The notes under the pieces were generated by a model. The model was not told where the DNA came from and ran no database searches. It was given only the letters and a program-made list of their open reading frames with translations. From assembly GCA_964564625.1 (NCBI GenBank), contig CAZMBE010000006.1, positions 42,998-106,997 on the forward strand: DNA of 64,000 nucleotides, given 5' to 3'. Source of the stretch: an uncultured Syntrophaceae bacterium (GTDB taxonomy: Bacteria > Desulfobacterota > Syntrophia > Syntrophales > UBA2185). Of this stretch, positions 25,891 to 36,348 are shown piece by piece; position 1 is the first letter of the stretch, and each line of letters begins with the position of its first letter. The position numbers and the translations under genes were made by a program.

Positions 25891-26805
25891 TCAATTCTTG
25901 CTGAAATAGACTTCGTGTATGTAACTTTCCGCGTAGCTATTGGTCTTTTGTGTGTTGATATGAAACTGAACGCCGTGGGTTATTCCCGGGGGGTAGCTGC
26001 TTTTAACATCTTTAAGGAGCTTTTTGTAATCCTCGTATATATTTCTCTTTTCCGTATACCATTGTCCCAATGTATCTGTGTTATTCCTCACCACGACGTA
26101 CCTCAATTTCCCTCCACCTATCTGTGTACTTCTTCCCGTCCAGTCTTTGGGGGCCTCGTTGTCCCAGATGTAACCCAGGACGGGGGTGTTTAATGCCTCG
26201 GGAAATCCCGTAGGAGTAAACGCGACATAGATCTGAATCGCCTGATCATCCTTGTCGGATTTTCTCACATCACCGCCATCAGGAAGTTTGTCAACTTTCC
26301 ACTTCCAGTTTATGTAAGGGTATTCTTTGATATCAACCTTTATGCCCCTCTTCACGCCGAAGGATGATGCGTTGCTGCTCTGTATGTGAAGATAATAGGT
26401 ATCCGACCCTTTTTCAAGTTTAAGAGAAGGTGTGCCTTTCTTTCTGTCCAGCGTCCAGCCCGCGGGAGCGCCTTCCTGCATCTGGGGAGAATCAAATCCT
26501 GCGACGAGAACAATATCCTTTCCTGCCGGTGCTGGTGGTCTGGCAGGGGCTTCCGGAGCAACAGCCGGGGCACGGGGAGCGGAAGATGGCGCCGGCCTGA
26601 CCGGTTTTGCGGAAGGAATGGCTTTGTCTGGTGAAGTTTTTGGTTTTTCCGCAATAACAGCGGGTGTTTCCGGAGGTGGCGGCGTTGCAGGGATTGAGGC
26701 CTTGATGCCAGATTTTTTCGGCTCTTCGCCCTTTGTACAACCTCCTCCGGTAATAAGTGTTGCAACGAGTAACAATGACACAATAAAAGTAAAAAATCTC
26801 TTCAT
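25891..26805 (-). CDS. Lipoprotein with Pro/Ala-rich linker and DUF3047-like C-terminal domain
   Basis: 304 aa. Lipobox ITGGGC, a ~90-aa Pro-rich spacer and a C-terminal beta-rich domain (WTLDRKKGTPSLKLE...YINWKWKVDKLP...DDQAIQIYVAF). Confidence 0.6.
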   Translation of the reverse strand: MKRFFTFIVSLLLVATLITGGGCTKGEEPKKSGIKASIPATPPPPETPAVIAEKPKTSPDKAIPSAKPVRPAPSSAPRAPAVAPEAPARPPAPAGKDIVLVAGFDSPQMQEGAPAGWTLDRKKGTPSLKLEKGSDTYYLHIQSSNASSFGVKRGIKVDIKEYPYINWKWKVDKLPDGGDVRKSDKDDQAIQIYVAFTPTGFPEALNTPVLGYIWDNEAPKDWTGRSTQIGGGKLRYVVVRNNTDTLGQWYTEKRNIYEDYKKLLKDVKSSYPPGITHGVQFHINTQKTNSYAESYIHEVYFSKN

Positions 26806-26812
26806 GAATACA

Positions 26813-27385
26813 TCAAGTTGCCGCTTCTCTATGCTGTGTGTAGAGATCCATAATCTCCGATCTCGTCAATACAGCATCGATACGGTCAACAAATTTCTTT
26901 ATATTTTCCCTGCCGCCTTCTTGTCTATCAATGAGGGCAATCACGCGATCAATTATTAAGCCTGCCTCTTTCGCAATTTCTATTGCGGTTATTGTTGAAC
27001 CTCCTGTTGTGATCACGTCGTCAATGATAACGACCCGTTCGCCTGGCATGACATTCCCTTCAATGGGGCTTTTTGTGCCATGACTTTTGACATCCTTTCT
27101 CACCACAAAGGATTTAATCGGTTTATTCTTCTGATAGGAAACAAGAGAAAGGGCATTGGCGATGGGGTCCGCGCCGAGGGTAAGGCCGCCCGCGGCCGTT
27201 ACATCCGCATCATGAAGCATGTCAAAGAGAATATTCCCGATGAGATACATCCCTTCAGGGTCCAGGGTTGTTGATTTGCAGTTGAAATAGTAGTTGCTTG
27301 TTTTTCCGGAAGCCAGCGTAAAAGGCGGGTCATCTCTGTACTGAAAGGACTTTTTCAAAATTATTTCTGCAAGCCTTCGTTTCAT
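26813..27385 (-). CDS. pyrE: Orotate phosphoribosyltransferase
   Basis: 190 aa. PRPP-binding motif VVIIDDVITTGGS. Family-typical N-terminus (FTLASGKTSNYYF). Confidence 0.9.
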   Translation of the reverse strand: MKRRLAEIILKKSFQYRDDPPFTLASGKTSNYYFNCKSTTLDPEGMYLIGNILFDMLHDADVTAAGGLTLGADPIANALSLVSYQKNKPIKSFVVRKDVKSHGTKSPIEGNVMPGERVVIIDDVITTGGSTITAIEIAKEAGLIIDRVIALIDRQEGGRENIKKFVDRIDAVLTRSEIMDLYTQHREAAT

Positions 27386-27501
27386 ATGTCATAAAATATT
27401 TGCGATAGTTTCTGGGCACGGCTTACTACCCTATAATACAGTATTTGTCTACTTATTTTCTTGGGAGCTTTCAGGTGACAGCTTTTTAGGCAGATTAAGA
27501 A

Positions 27502-29913
27502 CTATTTCTTGGATTTGAGCACCTTATCAATTACCCGTACCGCTTCCACACCATCCTTCGCGTATAATGCTCCAACAGAGGCGGCATAGGTTTTTGTAAC
27601 CACGGCCCCTCCTAAAATAAACGGACATGAATAACCCTTATTTCTTGCCAGCTCAATGATTTCCTTCATGTTTACCATGGTCGTAGTCATGAGAGCGGAG
27701 AGACCCACAATATCCGGTTGATCATTCTTTATGGCCTTAATGATGGCTTCGGGCGGTACGTCTTTGCCGAGATCGATAATTCTGTAGCCATGATTTTTAA
27801 GCATCAGGGCGATAATATTTTTGCCGATGTCATGGATATCTCCTTTCACTGTAGCAAGAATAATGATCCCCTTCCAGGCCCGGGCAGTTTTGTCATGTTG
27901 CAGCCTTGGTTCCAGATGACCGAGGGCGGCCTTCATTGCTTCGGAGCTGGCAATCAACTGTGGCAGAAAATATTTCCTCTGGTCAAAAAGCTCTCCCACC
28001 CGGACAATGGCCGGTATCATACAAACATCGACAAGGGCTGAAGGAGACGTTCCCGATGCGATAGCACTTTCGACCAAGTCGATAATGCCGTCTCGATTTC
28101 CCTCCAGGATGCCTTGGGATACCTGCTTGTCCGGCGAAACGAATTCTTTGGGAGGAAGGGTTTTCTCCAGTGCAGGGTGATCGGAGAAATGCCGGATATA
28201 CGAAGCAGCGTTCCTGTCTTTCTGCATGAACACATTGCCTGCCATTGTAATATTCATCAGATCCCTGTCGGCAGGATTGGCGATCGCCATGGTTAACCCG
28301 GAAGCCTGCGCCATAGAGAGGAATGCGGCGTTCAGCCATTTTCGTTCCGGCATGCCGAATGACACATTGGAGAGGCCTAAAATCGTTCTGCATTTGAAGT
28401 GATCCTTGCACCACTCTACAGTTTTCAGCGCCTCGAGAGCAGCGTTGGGTTTGGAGGCCACGGTCATGACCAAACCATCCGTGATGATGTCGTCTTTGGA
28501 AAAGCCGAAGCCTTTCGCGGTCCGGAATATTTCCCTGATGATTTGTTTGCGCCTGGCCGCTGTTTCCGGGATCTCGCTGTTTGTTATGGGTAAAAGGATA
28601 AACATGGCGCCATATTTTCTGGCGATGGGGAGCAGCGTTTCCAATTTTTGCGATTCGCCTGAAATGGAATTTATCAGGGCACGGCCGGGATAGATTCTGA
28701 GGGCTGCGACTATCGTTTCTATATTTGGGGAATCAATGACGAGGGGCAAGTTTGTGCTTGTGGACAGAAGATGAAGAACCTTTTTTATCGTAGTGACTTC
28801 ATTAACGCCATGGGCGCCGACATTCACATCGAGGAGATCAGCCCCCTGCTTTTCCTGTTCTTTCGCCATTTGCCTGACAAGGGCCATTTTGCCTTCAAGA
28901 AGTTCCTGCTGCAGGATCTTCTTCCCCGTTGGATTGATTCTCTCGCCGACTACGAATAATGGACTGTCATGCTCAAATATCTTGAAGCCTCTGGCGGAAC
29001 TGACAGCGCTCAGGGATTTCCTCACGGGCATCACCGCGGGTGCGCGGGCCACGTTTTTCTTTAATAACCTGATATATTCGGGAGCAGTCCCACAGCAACC
29101 GCCTATGAGGTTCACCCCGACGGCCACAAACTTCTTCCCGAAGGAGGCGAATTCCCCGGGTCCCATATCGAAGACCGTTTTTTTGCCTGTCAGCCGTGGC
29201 ATACCCGCGTTCGGTTTCGCGACAATGGGGACTGTGGCATAGGGTTTCATGGCGTCAATAAAATTTATCATCGTATCGGGCCCTGTGGAACAGTTGCACC
29301 CCACGGCATCCGCTCCCAGACTCTGCAAGGTGATAAGGGCGCTCACCGGGTCCGTACCGCTGAGGGTATACCCGTTTGTTTCATAGGTCATTGTGACTAT
29401 GGTGAAATGGCCCGTAATTTCCTTCACGGCAAGGAGTGCTGCCCGCGCCTCCTGGATATCCATCATGGTTTCGATAGCAAAAAGATCAACACCGCCATCA
29501 AGAAGTCCCGTTACCTGTTCCTTGAAAATTTCGACGGCCTCATCAAATAAGAGGTCGCCGAAGGGCTCAATAAAATGTCCCGTCGGGCCTATGTTGCCGG
29601 CAACGAGAACGCCTTTCCCCACGGCGCGTTTCGCGAGAAGGGCAAGCTGTGTATTGATATCCCTTGTGTTATCGATTCCATACTCACTGAGCTTCACACG
29701 GTTTGCGCCAAAGGTAAAGGTAAACACAATATCCGAACCTGCTTTTTGGTACGCAGCGTGTATCTTTTGCAGGGCATCCGGATTCTTTACACACCACATC
29801 TCCGGACATACGCCTGCCGGCATACCCCGCGCGTGAAGCTCTGTTCCTGTGGCACCGTCGAGTATGAGGACTCTTTTATGCAAGAGGTTTATGATCTTAC
29901 GTTTTGGATTCAT
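27502..29913 (-). CDS. metH: Cobalamin-dependent methionine synthase core (Hcy-binding, pterin-binding and B12-binding modules) lacking the AdoMet activation domain
   Basis: 803 aa. N-terminal homocysteine S-methyltransferase region (GGCCGT), a pterin-binding barrel and a C-terminal B12 domain with DIHDIGKNI (DxHxxG). The protein ends right after the B12 domain. Confidence 0.88.
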   Translation of the reverse strand: MNPKRKIINLLHKRVLILDGATGTELHARGMPAGVCPEMWCVKNPDALQKIHAAYQKAGSDIVFTFTFGANRVKLSEYGIDNTRDINTQLALLAKRAVGKGVLVAGNIGPTGHFIEPFGDLLFDEAVEIFKEQVTGLLDGGVDLFAIETMMDIQEARAALLAVKEITGHFTIVTMTYETNGYTLSGTDPVSALITLQSLGADAVGCNCSTGPDTMINFIDAMKPYATVPIVAKPNAGMPRLTGKKTVFDMGPGEFASFGKKFVAVGVNLIGGCCGTAPEYIRLLKKNVARAPAVMPVRKSLSAVSSARGFKIFEHDSPLFVVGERINPTGKKILQQELLEGKMALVRQMAKEQEKQGADLLDVNVGAHGVNEVTTIKKVLHLLSTSTNLPLVIDSPNIETIVAALRIYPGRALINSISGESQKLETLLPIARKYGAMFILLPITNSEIPETAARRKQIIREIFRTAKGFGFSKDDIITDGLVMTVASKPNAALEALKTVEWCKDHFKCRTILGLSNVSFGMPERKWLNAAFLSMAQASGLTMAIANPADRDLMNITMAGNVFMQKDRNAASYIRHFSDHPALEKTLPPKEFVSPDKQVSQGILEGNRDGIIDLVESAIASGTSPSALVDVCMIPAIVRVGELFDQRKYFLPQLIASSEAMKAALGHLEPRLQHDKTARAWKGIIILATVKGDIHDIGKNIIALMLKNHGYRIIDLGKDVPPEAIIKAIKNDQPDIVGLSALMTTTMVNMKEIIELARNKGYSCPFILGGAVVTKTYAASVGALYAKDGVEAVRVIDKVLKSKK

Positions 29914-30046
29914 GGCCTTTCATTTCACAACCCTTTCCTGTGTGTGTTTTCGTGGCTGTGAACTATAATAATCAGGTTTCTCTCTTGTCAAGAGCAAAGC
30001 AAGTTCCCCTATGATAAGTGTAACTCTGAATCCGACCTTACCATTT

Positions 30047-30757
30047 TCAGGAAGCTGTATCGAGTATTTTGGCGGTAATTTCGTTTCCCTCAAATATCTT
30101 GTCGATTGCATCGGAAAGGGCCGTATTGATTTGCTCTTCGAGTCTTTCTTCAGAAAACAGGATGTGCTCAAGGCTGACTGAACTCTTGGCTGACACCTTG
30201 TAGAAGATCTTGCCTGCCTGTGTGTTGGCGAGAAATACGGTGATCTTTGCCTGCGCCCTGTATTTCTTAATAGTCACTTTATCATCGCAAATGACTTCCA
30301 ATTCGTCAATACTTCCACCGATGAGGATGGGCGACCATTCCTTGCGGATGCTCTCCTCTTTGAGATTCCATCGTGGTACATCGGGGGAAACCTGATAACC
30401 GGCCTTCAGCAATACGTCTTTCATCGCCGATGCCACGACCATAGGGGGTTTCACGTATTTGGGAAGCACGGGGATGTTCTGTCTGCCAGATTTAATGACC
30501 CGTCCGATAACCATTGTATCGCTGACTGTGCGAAGATCTTCAAAGGCGGCAACGGTGATCTTGATTTTTTTTTCAGGAGCTTCTATTTCCCGTGCGGGCT
30601 TGGTGGGAGTGTATTTCATGTCCACGCTGTACAAGGCGGGAGCGCAGCCCCATAGTATGGCAAACGCCAGTGCTGCAACAACAAATCCCAGTTTTTCTCT
30701 CGCAACACGCCATGTCATATGCCGGCGATTATTGTTTCGGGGTTGTATATGATTCAT
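30047..30757 (-). CDS. Hypothetical lipoprotein
   Basis: 236 aa. Lipobox AILWGC after a basic N-terminus. The start may be the internal MTWRV Met. Confidence 0.55.
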   Translation of the reverse strand: MNHIQPRNNNRRHMTWRVAREKLGFVVAALAFAILWGCAPALYSVDMKYTPTKPAREIEAPEKKIKITVAAFEDLRTVSDTMVIGRVIKSGRQNIPVLPKYVKPPMVVASAMKDVLLKAGYQVSPDVPRWNLKEESIRKEWSPILIGGSIDELEVICDDKVTIKKYRAQAKITVFLANTQAGKIFYKVSAKSSVSLEHILFSEERLEEQINTALSDAIDKIFEGNEITAKILDTAS

Positions 30758-30957
30758 TATTTTCCTCCTGTCATACGTGAAAATAACCCTTCTATGTGTG
30801 TAGCAATGAATGCCTTTCGGGTAGGGGAAGTATGGGGTAAGAGAAAATGTATGTCAATACATTTCATGCAGTCTATCAAAAAAGGGTTCACAATTTTTCG
30901 TATAGGATAACGGCACCGCGGGGATAGGTATTGAGTGGCATCTCATCTATTGCACGC

Positions 30958-31782
30958 TTACACTATTGAGGGCGGCATATTTTCAAATACCCGGCCATCG
31001 GGCATGTACTCGACGATCTTGCCATTTTCCTCTCTCATGACGGTGAGAATTGCGTTAATCTTCTTCTTTTCCGCCGCGCTGATTGCTTCGGCGATCGTTG
31101 TGTAATTGGCAAGTTCTTCGATTGTTACGAGGGTAGGGACAACCATGTTGAATTTGTGCCGATTGTAGCCCTCAAGGATCTCCCATGGTGTAAGCCAGGC
31201 ATGTCTCGTCAGTTCAATGCCGTTATGGATAGCCTTCTGGTGTGCGGGAGCTTCGGCGATAAAAAAGCGCACGTCATATCGGAGAGATAATAACTCGGGA
31301 GTGATCCAGTGAGAAAAATAATGGAGGCGATCTGCAGCGAGAGTCAGTCCCTCGTTCTCGAGGATCGCTTTCAAGGTAATTTCACCTGTCTGAAGTTGTT
31401 TACGGTACGTGCGGAATCGCTGCCGGATATCTTCCGGATCGAATGAAATGATTGTTGTATCGCTGTGATACGCCAGCAACAGTCCAACCTCTTCGAAAGT
31501 TTCCCGTATCCCCGCCACCCACGCACCTAATGCTTTGTCCTTTGATGACATATCGTGGAAAACGGTCTGTGCCTGTGTCAGAGTGATGCCGGTACAAAGG
31601 GCTTCCATTTCAGGAAGGCAGTCTTCCTGATCCAGGCATCCTCCGGGGAATACATAGGATCCGGGGACAAATTTACTGCTTGGATGCCGCAATACCATTA
31701 ACACTTCAAAACTTCCCGCATCTTTTCTGAGAGATGGCCGTAGGAGAATGATTGTCGCTGCATCCTGTGGTGTAACAGGCAT
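30958..31782 (-). CDS. NUDIX hydrolase family protein
   Basis: 274 aa. Nudix-box-like GGCLDQEDCLPEMEALCTG...IRETFEEVGLLLA. Confidence 0.75.
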   Translation of the reverse strand: MPVTPQDAATIILLRPSLRKDAGSFEVLMVLRHPSSKFVPGSYVFPGGCLDQEDCLPEMEALCTGITLTQAQTVFHDMSSKDKALGAWVAGIRETFEEVGLLLAYHSDTTIISFDPEDIRQRFRTYRKQLQTGEITLKAILENEGLTLAADRLHYFSHWITPELLSLRYDVRFFIAEAPAHQKAIHNGIELTRHAWLTPWEILEGYNRHKFNMVVPTLVTIEELANYTTIAEAISAAEKKKINAILTVMREENGKIVEYMPDGRVFENMPPSIV

Positions 31783-32002
31783 TTTTCACACCTTACGATA
31801 TTTTTTATCGCATATACATGTCATGGTAGCGCAACAGACTTGACTATGTAAACAATCATCTGTAAGAAATTATATCTGATGTGGAAAAGAAAAGAAACTG
31901 AAAACAGGTTTTTCTCTGGGTGTGGCAAATTTTTTAGATAGTTATGGACGGGCTGTCACCTGACCCAGTGCTGAAGCATCCGAAAGTCTTGCCTGAAACG
32001 GG

Positions 32003-32626
32003 TCATTCCTGTTGAATTCCAGTGATAGCTGTAACGGATTTCTCCGGGATGAGCATGCAGGTTTCCGTGATCTGGATGCCTATTTTTTCAAGCTGGAGCA
32101 GAACATGTATCATCTTTTGGGTTTCCAGCAGCAGATCACCATAGCCTGCGGAATAGCGATTCTTCAGTAATCTTCTTTTTTCCCTGAGCAAGGTCCGGTT
32201 GAAATAGTCCATTATCCAGGTAAGCGAGGCATCAACCATTTCACTTGCTGTAGCATCGAACACGAGGGCACGTGTCAGATTGTTTTCGGTAACATCGTGC
32301 TCAATGGCCTTCATGATGCCGCTGCCCGCGGTGGCTCCCATGAGGACGAGTTCATGACAATGTTCCAGGAGCTTAGCCAGTTGCTGACTTTTGAACATTG
32401 CAGCTTGAGTAAGAATAATCTCGGCGTCTTTTATTTCCTGAACGGGAAGGCGCAAGGCGGCGCCTTTTAATTGAATCAGGGATTGGGCATCCCGGATATA
32501 CCGCTCTATCTCTTCTTGCTGGGTGTGAGATATGTCTGTTACGCCCTTAGTGAATCCCAGCCGTCTGAATATCTCTTTGCGGGGCGCGGGGATGGATATG
32601 GATTCGAAAAAAAGGACAGGCTTCAT
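32003..32626 (-). CDS. Stand-alone methionine synthase (MetH) activation-domain protein
   Basis: 207 aa. C-terminal RYSAGYGD...GIQITETCMLIPEKSVTAITGI matches the MetH reactivation module (RxxPGYP...LTES.AM.P..SV). Its start overlaps the leuD stop (ATGA at 32623-32626). Confidence 0.7.
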   Translation of the reverse strand: MKPVLFFESISIPAPRKEIFRRLGFTKGVTDISHTQQEEIERYIRDAQSLIQLKGAALRLPVQEIKDAEIILTQAAMFKSQQLAKLLEHCHELVLMGATAGSGIMKAIEHDVTENNLTRALVFDATASEMVDASLTWIMDYFNRTLLREKRRLLKNRYSAGYGDLLLETQKMIHVLLQLEKIGIQITETCMLIPEKSVTAITGIQQE

Positions 32627-33123
32627 ACCTTTTGCTTCGCCAGGTGTTTCATCAAACCGCCGTCTTGTATGAGTTCCTGCATGAACGGTGGTATAGGGTT
32701 AATCTGAAGCGGCGCTATACAGGAGTCTTTTATCCGGATAGTCCCGTTGTTGCCGTCCACCTCGATTTCCTGACTGTTCGACACCTTGTCCAGCAAATCT
32801 TTCGACTCAAAAATAGGGAGCCCTATGTTGAAGGCATTCCGATAAAATATGCGGGCAAAACTCTTGGCGATCACGCAGGAGATGCCGGCGGCTTTGATCG
32901 CGATTGGTGCATGTTCCCGCGATGAACCGCAGCCAAAATTTTCTCCTGCTACAATTATATCGCCAGGGCGTATTTTTTTTACAAACTCCGGATCTGCATC
33001 TTCCATACAGTGGGCGGCCAGATACTCGGGGTCAGATGTCGTTAAATAGCGGGCCGGGATAATCGCATCGGTATCTATATTATCTCCAAACTTCCAGACT
33101 TTTCCCTTGAAATTCATTATCAT
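32623..33123 (-). CDS. leuD: 3-isopropylmalate dehydratase small subunit (short, type-2 form)
   Basis: The start is trimmed to MIMNFKGKVWKFGDNIDTDAIIPARYL (ATG at 33123, GGGAG RBS). The 243-aa track ORF's N-terminal extension overlaps leuC. GCGSSREHA motif present. Confidence 0.88.
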   Translation of the reverse strand: MIMNFKGKVWKFGDNIDTDAIIPARYLTTSDPEYLAAHCMEDADPEFVKKIRPGDIIVAGENFGCGSSREHAPIAIKAAGISCVIAKSFARIFYRNAFNIGLPIFESKDLLDKVSNSQEIEVDGNNGTIRIKDSCIAPLQINPIPPFMQELIQDGGLMKHLAKQKV

Positions 33124-33139
33124 TATACTCCCTGTTCCC

Positions 33140-34399
33140 TCACAATTCCCCGGGACCGGCAATCCGCCCCAATACCGCCGAGGCCGCGGCAATGGCCGGA
33201 CTGGCAAGGTATACCTCGCTCCCGGTATGTCCCATGCGGCCGACGAAGTTCCTGTTTGTCGTGGAAACGGCCTTTTCACCGTCCGCGAGGATCCCCATAT
33301 GGCCGCCAAGACAGGCGCCGCACGTGGGTGGACTGACGACGGCATTTGCATCAATGAATATTTCTATAAGGCCTTCTTTGAGAGCCATTTTGTATATTTC
33401 CTGTGTGGCGGGTACAATAATCAAACGTATGAAAGGCGCTGCCTTTCTTTTTTTGAGAATGCCGGCTGCTACGCGGAGATCTTCGATCCGGCCGTTTGTG
33501 CATGATCCGATAATGACCTGATCAATTTTAAGATCCCCCACCTGGCTGATTCCCCTTACATTGGAGGGAATATGGGGATACGCTACCTGTGGTTCTATTT
33601 TGCCGACATCGATGTCGATCACAGAGTCATAGGCGGCATCCGGATCAGAGTCGTACAGGATGTATGGCCTTTTTGTCCTCTCCGCAACATATGTCTTCGT
33701 GATATCATCGGGGATGAAAATGCCATTCTTTGCTCCCGCCTCGATGACCATGTTGGCGATGGTCAACCGGTCGGCCATGCCCAGCTTCCCGACTGTTTCT
33801 CCGGTAAACTCCATAGCCTTGTACCGCGCCCCGTCGACACCGATCAAACCGATGATATAGAGTATCAGGTCTTTCCCGGAAACCCACTTTTGCATTGTGC
33901 CGTGAAAAACGATTTTTATCGTCTCCGGAACCCTGAACCAAACCGTGCCGGTCAACATGGCAGCGGCCAGATCGGTACTGCCGACACCGGTGGCAAAGGC
34001 TCCCAGAGCCCCGTACGTACACGTATGACTGTCGGCGCCAATGACCAGGTCTCCGGGGATCACAATACCCTGTTCGGGAAGGAGCGCGTGTTCAATGCCC
34101 GCCCTGCCGACCTCATAATAGTGGGTGATTTCCTGTTCCCGGGCAAATTCTCTCAAGAACTTACATTGCTGGGCCGAATCGATGTCTTTGTTGGGTGTAA
34201 AGTGATCGGGGACGAGGACTACCTTGTCCCGGTCAAATACCTTTACACCTCCGGCCTTTCTGAATTCTTTGATAGCGATAGGCGCCGTTATATCATTCCC
34301 GAGGGCGATATCCACTTTCGCGTTTATCAGCATCCCGGGCTGTACCTCTTTGAGATCTGTATGGTGACACAGTATCTTCTCTGTAATGGTCATGCCCAC
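33140..34399 (-). CDS. leuC: 3-isopropylmalate dehydratase large subunit (aconitase family, type 2)
   Basis: 419 aa. IGADSHT, GSCTNGR and CGACLG Fe-S ligand motifs. Confidence 0.92.
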   Translation of the reverse strand: MGMTITEKILCHHTDLKEVQPGMLINAKVDIALGNDITAPIAIKEFRKAGGVKVFDRDKVVLVPDHFTPNKDIDSAQQCKFLREFAREQEITHYYEVGRAGIEHALLPEQGIVIPGDLVIGADSHTCTYGALGAFATGVGSTDLAAAMLTGTVWFRVPETIKIVFHGTMQKWVSGKDLILYIIGLIGVDGARYKAMEFTGETVGKLGMADRLTIANMVIEAGAKNGIFIPDDITKTYVAERTKRPYILYDSDPDAAYDSVIDIDVGKIEPQVAYPHIPSNVRGISQVGDLKIDQVIIGSCTNGRIEDLRVAAGILKKRKAAPFIRLIIVPATQEIYKMALKEGLIEIFIDANAVVSPPTCGACLGGHMGILADGEKAVSTTNRNFVGRMGHTGSEVYLASPAIAAASAVLGRIAGPGEL

Positions 34400-34455
34400 G
34401 TCTTCGATTCTCCACTTTGCGATATGCTTGTATTCCCTTACACTATAATCATTCT

Positions 34456-36003
34456 TTACACAATCTTAACCTTCTTCACATCCCCTTTGATGAACTCGAG
34501 GCGGTTCAACGCGTTGATATATGCCTTTGCGGAAGCGACAATGACATCAGGATCAGCGCCGCGTCCCGCCACGGAGTGTCCGTTATATTTAAGTTGAACC
34601 ATAACCTCTCCAAGAGCGTCAGTTCCTCCGGTAACTGCCGTAACGACATACTTCAGCAGGTTATAATTGGTATTCGTAATTTTCCTTATTGCCGCGAAGG
34701 TCGCATCCACTGGCCCGACACCAAACCCGGCATCCTGGATGGTCTTTCCGTCAACCTCCAGTTGCATGGTCGCTGTCGGTACCGCCACGTTGCCGCTTAT
34801 TACATTAAGATACACAAGTTTGTACCGTTCGTCGATTTTGTAGACTTCTTCATACACAATAGCTTCCAAATCTTCGTCGAAAATCTCTTTTTTCACATCG
34901 GCCAATTCCTTGAATCGAATAAATACCTTTTTCAGGTCAACAGAGGTCAGTTTATAGCCCATTTTCTTGAGATGTTCGGACACTGCATGACGGCCAGAAT
35001 GTTTCCCGAGAACCAGGTGGGTTCCGGAAATGCCGACGGATTGAGGAGTCATAATCTCGTAGGTGATCTTTTCCTTGATCAGACCGTCCTGATGGATGCC
35101 TGACTCATGGGCAAAGGCGTTCGCCCCGACAATCGCCTTGTTGGGCTGAACAGCTATACCTGTAATATGGGTGAGAAGTCTCGACGATTGGTAGATATGT
35201 TCTGTTTTGATTCCCGTGCGAAATCCAAAAAAATCCTTCCTTGTTTCCAGGGCCATCACCACTTCTTCCATAGCGGCGTTGCCGGCCCTTTCACCGATGC
35301 CGTTTATGGTGCATTCCACCTGCCGTGCCCCGTGTTTCACGGCCGCCAGCGAATTTGCCACCGCAAGGCCAAGATCGTTGTGACAGTGCACAGAAATAAC
35401 GGTCTTATGGATATTTTTTACCTTTTCAAACAAATAGGCGATCAAGTTACCAAATTCATCAGGCATGATATAACCCACGGTATCAGGGATGTTCACAGTT
35501 GTGGCACCGGACGCGATCACTGCTTCCACTATATCACACAGGTAGTCCCAATCCGTCCTGGTGGCATCCATAGGTGAGAACTCAACGTTCTGCGTAAACG
35601 CGCACGCATGCGCGACGGCGGCACAGGCCTCTTTAAGAACCTGAGCCCGTGTTTTTTTAAGCTGATACTTCAGGTGGATATCGGATGTTGAGATAAAGGT
35701 ATGGATCCGCGGCTGCGCCGCCTCTTGAACGGCCTCCCATGCGCGGTCGATATCGGTGAGATTAGCTCTCGCAAGGGCGGCTATCTGCGGTTCTCGCACC
35801 TCCCTGGCAATCTGCTGAACGGACAAAAAGTCTCCTTCCGAAGCAACGGGAAAACCCGCCTCAATGATGTCCACACCCAGTCGTTCAAGCTGCAGGGCGA
35901 CCCTCAGTTTTTCGTCAGAGTTCATGCTCGCTCCCGGAGACTGTTCTCCATCCCTGAGTGTCGTATCAAATATAAATACTCTTTCCTTTTTTTTCGATTC
36001 CAT
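34456..36003 (-). CDS. leuA: 2-isopropylmalate synthase
   Basis: Start at [24 protein letters not shown] (ATG at 36003, AAGGAGG RBS). HCHNDLG motif and a C-terminal LeuA dimerisation/regulatory domain. The track's 36024 start lies inside the upstream terminator's T-tract. Confidence 0.93.
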   Translation of the reverse strand: MESKKKERVFIFDTTLRDGEQSPGASMNSDEKLRVALQLERLGVDIIEAGFPVASEGDFLSVQQIAREVREPQIAALARANLTDIDRAWEAVQEAAQPRIHTFISTSDIHLKYQLKKTRAQVLKEACAAVAHACAFTQNVEFSPMDATRTDWDYLCDIVEAVIASGATTVNIPDTVGYIMPDEFGNLIAYLFEKVKNIHKTVISVHCHNDLGLAVANSLAAVKHGARQVECTINGIGERAGNAAMEEVVMALETRKDFFGFRTGIKTEHIYQSSRLLTHITGIAVQPNKAIVGANAFAHESGIHQDGLIKEKITYEIMTPQSVGISGTHLVLGKHSGRHAVSEHLKKMGYKLTSVDLKKVFIRFKELADVKKEIFDEDLEAIVYEEVYKIDERYKLVYLNVISGNVAVPTATMQLEVDGKTIQDAGFGVGPVDATFAAIRKITNTNYNLLKYVVTAVTGGTDALGEVMVQLKYNGHSVAGRGADPDVIVASAKAYINALNRLEFIKGDVKKVKIV

Positions 36004-36023
36004 CGTTTCCTCCTTTTCTTGCA

Positions 36024-36066
36024 AAAATAAAAAAGGCCATGGGCTTTTTTGAGCCCATGGCCTTTA
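36024..36066 (-). terminator. Rho-independent terminator directly upstream of leuA (candidate attenuator)
   Basis: The minus strand reads AAAGGCCATGGGC-tcaaaaaa-GCCCATGGCCTTT followed by TTTATTTTT. It ends about 20 nt before the leuA RBS. Confidence 0.75.
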
Positions 36067-36088
36067 GGTACTTGTTTTTAAAATTGGG

Positions 36089-36208
36089 TTACGGATTACC
36101 TAAAAACGTCGGGCGCCTGGTATGCAGTAAAAGGCTAAGAAGGGCGAGGCCCAGCAGGGTAACCATGCTTGTCAAATTCACTGTTGCCTTTTTCATGCCA
36201 AACGTCAT
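36089..36208 (-). CDS. Candidate Leu-rich leader peptide of the leu operon (39 aa)
   Basis: The minus-strand ORF encodes MTFGMKKATVNLTSMVTLLGLALLSLLLHTRRPTFLGNP. Eight of 11 consecutive codons are Leu. Its stop is 23 nt upstream of the terminator hairpin. Confidence 0.4.
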   Translation of the reverse strand: MTFGMKKATVNLTSMVTLLGLALLSLLLHTRRPTFLGNP

Positions 36209-36348
36209 TTTCAGAAAATCCTTATAAATATTTTCGGAAAATAAACTAAAACAGTTTCTCTGTCAAGATTTATTTTGTTGTACGAATAGATGAATCCATA
36301 GAAGCATGGAGCCGGGCTTTAATTCCTTACACCGAATCGTTCTCCGGT

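Noticed and set aside
32623-33354. 243-aa version of leuD given in the ORF track.
   Set aside because: The N-terminal 77 codons overlap the 3' end of leuC and are Pro/Arg-rich nonsense. The conserved LeuD N-terminus begins at the Met at 33123, which has an RBS.
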